Source of the DNA: Pseudogymnoascus verrucosus
Taxonomy: Eukaryota
Direction: 5' to 3' (one strand)
Length of the DNA stretch: 64,000 nucleotides
Assembly: GCA_001662655.1 (NCBI GenBank)
Contig: KV460222.1
Of this stretch, positions 56,231 through 64,000 are shown one piece after another; position 1 is the stretch's first letter, and each line of letters starts with the position of its first letter. Position numbers and translations under genes: made by a program. The notes below the pieces were generated by a model. It searched no databases. It saw only the letters and a program-made list of their open reading frames with translations, and had not been told where the DNA came from.

Positions 56231-59200
56231 CTACCCCTGTTTATTAGGTCCGTCGCCGGCGCCGCCGCCTTCGCCGCTCTTGAGAAACATAGCCTTGAAA
56301 TCGGCATTGCTCTTCACCGCCTTTTTCTCCCCAGACTCCGCGTTATTCCCATTTACGCCATCGGCAGCCGCCTTGCTGGGTCCCTTAAAGCCCAGGCCCC
56401 TTTTCACACCTAGCCCTCCTCTCCCGCCGGCTCCGGGCCGACGAACCGTTGGTCCCGCCTGCATAAACGCCGTGCGCTGTTCCGGCTGCGCTTCAGTCTT
56501 CTTCGCACCCCCGCCAATAACAATGCGATCCGTCTTCCTCTCTTCCCCCGACGCGAACAGGTCCTTCAGTCCGCCAGTTCTCAGTCGTCGCCCGCCGACA
56601 ATCTCGTACCCCTCGAGCCCCAGACTCGCCTTCCCGGCCGAAGCAACATCCTCAAACTCAACGATCGCACCTTGGTGGTCTGGTCGCAGCACGAGCTTCA
56701 CTACGCGGCCGTACGGCGCGCAAATAGCCGATAGGCGCGCGTCATTCACAGTATCCGGCACGTTGAGAAGCGTGATGGTACGGGCTGTGATCTCAGCTCT
56801 GGACTGTCCGGCAGCATGTCCATGGTTGTTTCCAGCAGCCGGCGACCCAGCACCCGACATCCGGGAGTCAAGGTCGTTGCTCGGTGCCGGGGACCCCGCA
56901 GCTGAAGTGCTAGTGGTAGCCGTGGCCTTGAAATTCGTCGCAGTCGCGAGTTCGACGGTCAGAATCTGCGACCAGAACTTCGTCTTGTCTAGCTCGAGGG
57001 CCTTGGTAGCTTCTTCTGCCTTGGCGAAGACAACGAAGGCGGAGCCTTTACTCTTGCCTGCAATGTTGCGGAGGATGCGGACAGATTCCACAGCGCCGTA
57101 TTTCGAAAACACAGCCTGTAGGTCATCCTCGGACGCGCCGCGGTCAAGGCCGGCAATGTGGATCTCTCGTCCCTCAAGCATGGCGCCCTCGCGCGGCTTC
57201 TTGCGGCTGGGGTCAGAATATTTGGCCTCGACTTTGTATTTGCCTTCGAGCATCTTGCCATCGAGGGCAGTGGCAGCGGCCGCGGCTGCGGCAGTCCTGA
57301 ACGAGACATAGCAGAAGCGGCGGTGAGTGTTATACTTGAGACTCGGCCAGCGGAAGGAGAAGATTTCACCGCAGTCTTTAAACAGGTTGCGCAGGTAGTC
57401 CTCGTCGGCAGTGGGCGGGTAGTTGGTAAGGTAGAGCGTGAGGCCCGTGCCCGGTACGACAGATATCTGCTTCTCGGCGAAGTATTTGCCATCGCGGAGG
57501 AGAGCGGATTGGACGTCTTCGACGGAGCGGAACTCGATCAATGCGGTTGCCGATTGCTTGTCAGATTCAGGTTTGAGTGTAAGATTGTTGATGTGTCCGT
57601 ATTCCTTGAAATATTGCCTCACCTTCGTCTGAGTTGCCTCCAAAGGAAGGTTGGAGACGAGGATGCTTGTATTTTCGCGATCGCGTTTGACGCTTTGTGC
57701 ATCTAAATCTTCGCCTCCTGCCTTAACTTTCTTGGCGGCATTGCCATCCACTTCAGCAGCAGCATCTCTCTTCCTCTTCGACCCCCCCAGAGATTCATCA
57801 GCTGGAATCGCTTCGGCGGGCTGGACAAGTCTTTGCTGCTCTGCATAGGCTGCAGCTGCCTCCGCGGCCTCCCGCTGTCTCCTCTTCGCAACTCCTTTAC
57901 TGTTTCGGTGAACAAAATCGATGGCGTTTGCAACCTCGACTGGGAACTCGTATGTGCTACAATGCGAAAGGTACATCTCCATAATCTTCTCTGGCCAATC
58001 CAAGGTCCGTCTCTGGATGGCCTGCTTGAGCAGAGCAGCTGCGAAAGGCCGTGTGTTGTCTGTATGTGGCATATCCATCTCCCACTGGTAGTACCTCAGC
58101 CAAAACTCGTAACTGTCGCCGTGCGGCTTAACCAAATCATGCCACTGCGAGCGTGCTTCAGTGATGAGACCCTTCTGCGTTAGATACTGGATCCAGCACC
58201 GTTGGATCTGGAAGGTAGGGTCGCCTTTGGCATTCTTTCGGTCGGCCGGCTCTCCCCAGTGCTCCACGCCGTCGAGGGCAGATGGCATTCCAACATCCGC
58301 AAGATCACCATCCTCGTCAGTGGCATCCCTATCAACAGCTCTGCGTCGTAGATAATTACACCATGCACCGTACACCATGTACACATCTGTCATGCCATTG
58401 CGGTCTAGCTGGTCAGAGCTTGTGGCGGCATGCTTGATCTGCTCTACGTCTCTGAAGTCAAGATGTTCGATCTCAGCGCGCAGCATGTATCGCGACCACA
58501 GCATTCCTGACCACGGACAGTGCTTCACCGATCTCTGTAGAAGTTGGAGAATATCCGGGCAATCCTGTGGACGGCCATGGGACGCACCAATGTAGCCATT
58601 GACAGCACCAGCATAATCTTCCCACAGCGTAACATCAGTAGGGAGGATGAGGAGTGCTCTTTCGTAAAGCGCAAAGCAGAGAGCAGGGATTCCGTTCTTC
58701 TTTCGGCTCTGGATCGTCTCCCACTCCAAGTATTCTGTAAGAACAGCCTTTTGCTTCTCCTGATCGCCAGACTGCACAGATCGTACGAGGCTCAACTCCT
58801 GGTCCTCTCGCTGTCCGTATATTTCCTTGGCATTCTTCGCAAGCTGTGTACTGCGCACCATCGTCTCCTCCCAGTGCGCCTCGTCGTATCTCGTCACAAA
58901 CGTCGAGAAGGCCTGAGATGTCTCCTCCCACGTCGCATGCGGCACCTGAAGTCGATCCAGATACAGTGACTTCACGCGATCCACCGCAGCTGGCGATGGT
59001 GCCTTGGCAAGCAGCCACAGCTCAATCGACATGTATCTGTTCCACAGGGAATGGCTGTCATCAAGGCGGTAACGGATAGCATGCGCGCCCTGCTGCCACA
59101 GATCGATGGCGACAGAGAGAGAGAAGACCTCCTGGCCCAGGTGCTGCTCCTCCTCTGACCAGCCCGCATCGGAGGACTGGCAATCTGTGTGTAGCGACCA

Positions 59201-59365
59201 GATCCATTCGCAGTATTGCACCCACAATCGCAGGCTGTATGGCTCGGCGCTCACGGCTCGCTTGTACAGCTCCACGACCTCGACTCGCTGCTCCAGGTTC
59301 GCAGCGCTGCGACTGCCCTCGTCCACGAGCGACACCCACGCATCCTCTCCTACAGGTTCACCCAT
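56231..59365 (-). CDS. PRP24: U4/U6 recycling factor Prp24/SART3 (HAT repeats, RRMs, LSM-interacting motif)
   Basis: HAT repeats, KRDRENTSILVSNLP, PSLKYNTHRRFCYV, C-terminal KSNADFKAMFL. Likely ATG at 59365. Confidence 0.93.
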   Translation of the reverse strand: MGEPVGEDAWVSLVDEGSRSAANLEQRVEVVELYKRAVSAEPYSLRLWVQYCEWIWSLHTDCQSSDAGWSEEEQHLGQEVFSLSVAIDLWQQGAHAIRYRLDDSHSLWNRYMSIELWLLAKAPSPAAVDRVKSLYLDRLQVPHATWEETSQAFSTFVTRYDEAHWEETMVRSTQLAKNAKEIYGQREDQELSLVRSVQSGDQEKQKAVLTEYLEWETIQSRKKNGIPALCFALYERALLILPTDVTLWEDYAGAVNGYIGASHGRPQDCPDILQLLQRSVKHCPWSGMLWSRYMLRAEIEHLDFRDVEQIKHAATSSDQLDRNGMTDVYMVYGAWCNYLRRRAVDRDATDEDGDLADVGMPSALDGVEHWGEPADRKNAKGDPTFQIQRCWIQYLTQKGLITEARSQWHDLVKPHGDSYEFWLRYYQWEMDMPHTDNTRPFAAALLKQAIQRRTLDWPEKIMEMYLSHCSTYEFPVEVANAIDFVHRNSKGVAKRRQREAAEAAAAYAEQQRLVQPAEAIPADESLGGSKRKRDAAAEVDGNAAKKVKAGGEDLDAQSVKRDRENTSILVSNLPLEATQTKVRQYFKEYGHINNLTLKPESDKQSATALIEFRSVEDVQSALLRDGKYFAEKQISVVPGTGLTLYLTNYPPTADEDYLRNLFKDCGEIFSFRWPSLKYNTHRRFCYVSFRTAAAAAAATALDGKMLEGKYKVEAKYSDPSRKKPREGAMLEGREIHIAGLDRGASEDDLQAVFSKYGAVESVRILRNIAGKSKGSAFVVFAKAEEATKALELDKTKFWSQILTVELATATNFKATATTSTSAAGSPAPSNDLDSRMSGAGSPAAGNNHGHAAGQSRAEITARTITLLNVPDTVNDARLSAICAPYGRVVKLVLRPDHQGAIVEFEDVASAGKASLGLEGYEIVGGRRLRTGGLKDLFASGEERKTDRIVIGGGAKKTEAQPEQRTAFMQAGPTVRRPGAGGRGGLGVKRGLGFKGPSKAAADGVNGNNAESGEKKAVKSNADFKAMFLKSGEGGGAGDGPNKQG

Positions 59366-59752
59366 GGTCGTCTGTTGGTCGTCATGGAAGGGCTTGGCGC
59401 CAGGGTCCGTTATCAAGCCAGCTTGGTCGTCGTCGAAGGTAGCGAGGTGTGCGACCTTGTAAATATGAAGATTCGACGAGATGGGAGAGCAGTTGTAAGG
59501 CTTCTAAGGCTTCCAGGTAGTAAATCAACGCGTCTGTTCGTATTGCGCGCGATCATGGCGATGTGGAACAAGGTATAAGGCCACCAACCAGCCAGTAGCA
59601 ACTTCTCACAAATGCCGGCCGGAAGCGGACTAGCGCCGATGTTCTGCCCAGCTTACCCGCCTTGGCCTGGCTCGAAATTCTACGGGGCCGAGACGACAAA
59701 CAACCTCACGAGCCGCAATAAAATCATCAATGCAATGCTCAGCACCAGCAAT

Positions 59753-60789
59753 ATGAGCCTCCCTCTGCGTACCAGGCGGGTGGCTACCTCCGGTGCGTCT
59801 TATTAACCTCCAATGCCAACAATCCCAGTGCTAATATTTTCATCCAGTCACCTCCTTCACCTCCTCGATCCCCCAATACCGCACAGCATTTTGGAGCTCA
59901 AAAGGCCGCGATGAGACCCCCACGAAACCCGCTCCCCGCGACCAGCTCCACGAAGAGTTCGTAAAAACCAAATCCGCCGTCCCAGTGGCACCGAAACGCG
60001 GAGCCCTCGCCTCCTCCTCCATCTTCGAAGACGAGACTGTCGCCGGTCCAGTCACCACCACCACTGGACCTGCTGCAGCTCTCCGCAACCCGCGCAATAT
60101 GGCCGCAGCGCTCGATCCTGACCCAAGCAGCCGCGAGCGCTGGCAGCGCAAGATGGTGATTCGCGAGATCACGGCGCGCGGGCGGTTGAGCAAGAGCGAG
60201 ACCCTGAAGCGCTCGGAGCGCGTCAGCCACAGCAAGAGTCACAATTACCAGACGAGCGTCAAGAAGTTGGGGCCGTTGGCGAGGCAGATTACTGGGAAGC
60301 CGCTGGAGGAGGCGATTGTGCAGATGCGATTCTCGAAGAAGAAGGCTGCGCAGGGCGTTAGGGAGCACTTGGTGCATGCGCGCAATGAGGCGATTGTGAG
60401 GAGAGGGATGGGGCTGGGGAAGGAAGACGGCTTCAAGGCTGTGCAGATCATGACAAAGGATGGGAAGAGGATGAAGATTGAGGATCCGTCGCGGTTGTAC
60501 ATTGAGCAGGCTTGGGTTGGGAAGGGTGATTACGGAAGGACTCCTGATCACAGGGCACGTGGGCAGATCAACATGATGAAGAACCCTACGACGCGTAAGT
60601 CCGAGCCGAGATTGAGGCAGTGTTTTTGAATATATACTGACAGTCGCAGATATCCACGTCGTCCTCAAGGAGGAAAAGACACGTATCCGCGAGAATCAAG
60701 AGCGTGAGGCTAAGGTCGCAGCACGAAAGACGTGGGTTCAACTCCCGAACCGCAAGATCACGTCGCAGAGGCAGTTCTACAGCTGGTAG
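59753..60789 (+). CDS. MRPL22: Mitochondrial ribosomal protein uL22m
   Basis: RERWQRKMVIR, TSVKKLGPLARQITGK, QMRFSKKK, YIEQAWVGKG, RARG. The last exon (VVLKEEKTRIR...QFYSW*) follows intron ~60595-60649. Confidence 0.9.
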
Positions 60790-61012
60790 AGGGGTCGTCG
60801 GGTGCGAGTGGGACTTGTAGACTGTAGAATAGGTATATTTACTGTACAATACTAAACTAGACTAAACTAGATTTTTCTAAGATCATGATACGGAGTGTAT
60901 AATACTCCGCAAATGGCCCAGAATCTAGTAACTTGCATGTCGGTTCAACGAGCGAATCCAAGGCTCGACCCTGACCAAGTATGTCCTTCTGCTCCTATTC
61001 ATTGGGTACTCC

Positions 61013-62246
61013 TCACAGATTAGACTGTCGAAGTTGGAGAAGCAGGTCAACTGCTTCCTTCGCTGTCCCCCACGAGGCCTGGTACCCAGCACCGCCAGCA
61101 CCATAGCTATGGACGACAGTCTTCCCATCCATAGCCTCCCTCTCAACCCTCGCTCCTCCATTCCTGCTCGGCCTCAACCCAAGACCATGCCTAATGACCT
61201 TCAAATCCTCTGGCTTTCCCAGCTCGGGACAAAGCTCACAGCAGCGCTTCTTGATGTCCTCTGCTAGATCAAGGTTCACTTCTCCCGTCCACACGCCATC
61301 CAGTCTGCAGCCGCCAAGGATGACGCCTCCGTGCTTGCCACGAGGGAAGACGTACGTGGTATCTGAGTGCGTCCGTTGTGGCGAACGGAAGTACATCCTC
61401 TCTATCGGTGTCTTCGGGCTCTCGACGAGGATTACTTGCCCCTACATATTGTCAGCAACAACCCATAGCATAGAGAGTTGTCAAATATACCATAGTTGGG
61501 TAAAGTTCCTTATCCTCAACTCCCTTCAGGCTATAACTGCCAATGCCCGTGCAGTTCACGAACCCTTCTGCCTCTGGAAACTCCTGAAACACCTCCCTGA
61601 TGTCCCCAATTACCTTCCGGCGAACTTCTACACTAGCCTTAATCGCCTCCGTCAAAAGCCTGATTAGAATTAGCCCTTCTCCTCTCACTTATGTTCTCTA
61701 GTCTCCCCTCCAAGGATCCATAAACAGAAGACCTACCAAGGCAAATACGTCGTAACATCCACCACAAAAGTATCCAACTCATACCCAAACTTCACCCCCT
61801 CAGGCAACTCCTTCACCTCCCTCAACCCTCCCACAAGCTCCTCATACCAAATCTTCCCATCCGGGCTCAGCACCCCCGCCTCCTCCCTCTCCTTATCAAA
61901 CATCGCCCGAATCGGCATCCTCCTCACCCCCGCCTCCGGCCTCCCATCCGCCAGCTCCCCAAACTTAACATACGTAACCGCATCCCGCGCCTGTGCGCGC
62001 CCTCCATCAGTGGCCACGCTCAGCCAGTTCGCGCCCGCCCAGGGAGAGGCATATGTTAGCGCTAGGTCTCCGGGGAGATGGTGCGCGACGAGTATGATGC
62101 GCGCGCTTGGGGAGCGCTTTTGGAGGGTTAGGGCTGTGGTGAGGCCGATGACTCCTCCGCCGAGGATGATATAGGCTAGTATTGTCAGATTTGGCTGTTT
62201 GAATGACTGTGAGGGGATTGTGAGAGGGCGTACTTGGTTGAGCCAT
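61013..62246 (-). CDS. D-amino acid oxidase (DAO/DDO family)
   Basis: IIILGGGVIGLTTA, YASPWAGANW, VNCTGIGS, TYVFPR, GLRPSR, VHSYGAGGAGYQASWG. C-terminal SNL is PTS1-like. Three introns. Confidence 0.9.
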
Positions 62247-63314
62247 AGCTGCGGGGATGGCGAGGCTGCGGTTTTTTACGAATCGGAATTGATTATTTTT
62301 CGGCTGGGTGGGATGATAATGGGTAGTTTCTGTAGTCTGCTGATATATTAAGAAATATTTATCTGATAAAAGAAGTATGAGCAAGAAGTATGATTAAGTA
62401 TAAAAGTTCTAGTCTCCGAAATCGCTGTGGTATTGCCGTCGTAGATGCCTATCTGCCCCTCATTCAGCCTTGTCTCGGTAAAGGGGAGATATTGGTTCTC
62501 CACCAAGATTATTGGACATATCGAGATAGTGCGCCACTTTTACAGGATAATATTGATTGGGAAGCAGTGAGGTCGTGTGATGTTTTGGAAGGGTGGAGTG
62601 AGGCTGAGATAGACGTGAGCGGCTGTTTATACTTTACTCATGGACATGAGAATCGAGATCATACGAGTCAGTATGGAAGAGGAGCGAGCCACCCTCAAAA
62701 CCTCCATCAACGGTGCCGCGACGGCAGAGGCATTATCAGAGTTTATGGGAAAGCTGTCGGACGCCACGGCACAGGAGAATCCAGAGACACGATGGAGCCA
62801 ACTTCATTGCTCCTTCCGTCCTTGTCTTTGGCCCTTCCTGTGCCGCTCCTTTCTGTCGTCAGTGCTCCTTCCTGTCGTCGCGCCTTCCTGTCGCTGCTCC
62901 TTCCTGCCGCCATCGTTCCTTCCTACCATCGTACCTTCCTGCCGCCGTTGCTCCTTCCTAATGCGAACCTTCCAGCCATGGTTTGCTCCTTCCCGGTCCT
63001 CCTACCCGCAGCCTCTATTCCGCTTGACATCTGCTAAACAGCCACTACCATCACAAGGCAGTCCTTCGCCTATTCGCACAGCAGCTTGTATCTAGTGTCC
63101 TTCCCACTTCTATGGCATGTATATCAATGGACTTTGTTGTCATTGGCGTATAGACTCTTCGTTGCTCTCGTTACGAACCTCCCGCTCATTCAACTTGCCC
63201 CGCACGTGTATATTCATATTTATATTATAATAACTAGCATCTAGCACCCCACCTGACCCCCTCCGCAACAACTCCCCTTGAACACCCTATGTTAACACGG
63301 TACCACCCTGCCCT

Positions 63315-64000
63315 TCACCTCGCACTCCCCAACGCCGCCAACAACTCCCCAAACCTCTCCGCAGCTCCCCACGCACAACTCGGCATCCTCTCCCCCACCC
63401 CCCCTACACCATGATTATCATGAGTAGACAACAACTTAATCCCCTCTCTCAGAATCTTCCTCCCGGACCCCTTCATGCTAATATCCCCAATCCTCGCCAT
63501 ATAGGGCGTCATCTTCTCCCCAAACCTCACAAAGAGCTGCACGATCTCGTCGTCGCAGGGCCGGTCTAGCTGTATCAGAGACGTCTCGTGGCACTCGAGG
63601 TGGTCTAGCGCGCCGGCGATTTGTGCGTGTAGGGATGGGGGGTTGGGGAAGTAGCTGGAGATGCTGTGGTGGCGTTCGGAGTTGGCGCGCATGGCGAGGT
63701 CTTGGGTGTGGTGTGAGGCGTCGTGGGAGGCCCCGGCGTCGGCGGACCTGTGGGACTCGTAGGTTACCGTGTTGGGCGTGGAGCTGGCGAGTAGCTTAGC
63801 TGCTGAAGTAGAGACGCTGTAGGCCCAGAGCACGAGGGTGGCGAGATAGTTGGCGAATGGTTCTATGACGGCACCGCAGCTGTATCGGCGCAGATACCAG
63901 AAGACGGAGCCGGCGTGGATTATCGCCAGACGCGCCTTATATTGATCATGCAAAACCCACTTGTGCACGGAATTCTGCAAGTCTTGTTCTTGCGTAGTAG
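63315..64000 (-). CDS. Fungal transcription factor, C-terminal part (gene continues beyond the window)
   Basis: ARLAIIHAGSVFWYLRRYS...EPFANYLATLVLWAY...IQLDRPCDDEIVQLFVR, typical of fungal zinc-finger TF C-termini. Confidence 0.7.
   Translation of the reverse strand, partial: TTQEQDLQNSVHKWVLHDQYKARLAIIHAGSVFWYLRRYSCGAVIEPFANYLATLVLWAYSVSTSAAKLLASSTPNTVTYESHRSADAGASHDASHHTQDLAMRANSERHHSISSYFPNPPSLHAQIAGALDHLECHETSLIQLDRPCDDEIVQLFVRFGEKMTPYMARIGDISMKGSGRKILREGIKLLSTHDNHGVGGVGERMPSCAWGAAERFGELLAALGSAR

Noticed and set aside
36171..59365. Clustering of RNA-processing genes (PRP2, UTP15, HRP1, PRP24) as a functional system
   Set aside because: They are interspersed with unrelated core genes. 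Ordinary housekeeping synteny explains it.
62390..63095. Overlapping plus-strand ORFs of 215 and 151 aa
   Set aside because: They are largely built from low-complexity CCTTCCTG-type repeats with no recognisable domain. A small real gene is not excluded.

Overview
This is eukaryotic DNA from a filamentous ascomycete: short GT-AG introns with CTAAC/CTGAC branch points, plus Zn2Cys6 and PTH11-like genes. The window has two halves. Bases ~1-29,100 form an accessory region. It holds two GPCR-like genes, a paraoxonase-type lactonase, an alpha/beta hydrolase, two MFS transporters, and a Zn2Cys6 factor beside a divergent Baeyer-Villiger monooxygenase / succinate-semialdehyde dehydrogenase pair. It also has several pseudogenes, long palindromes and a duplicated promoter fragment. 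Bases ~31,900-64,000 are dense housekeeping genes (VPS62, SCJ1, PRP2/DHX16, UTP15, HRP1, GYP1, MRC1, MOT1-type transporter, PRP24, MRPL22, D-amino acid oxidase). A full-length hAT transposon, inactivated by RIP-type mutations and lacking a target-site duplication, sits at the junction. The least explained signals are: (i) a candidate ketone/lactone catabolic cluster; (ii) palindromes whose loops re-copy their own arms; (iii) a 2.3 kb intergenic island (53.9-56.2 kb) with an aberrant tRNA-like Pol III unit, a second decayed tRNA-like unit, nested tandem repeats and a predicted pseudoknot. All calls come from reading the sequence by eye. No searches were run, and exon boundaries are approximate.
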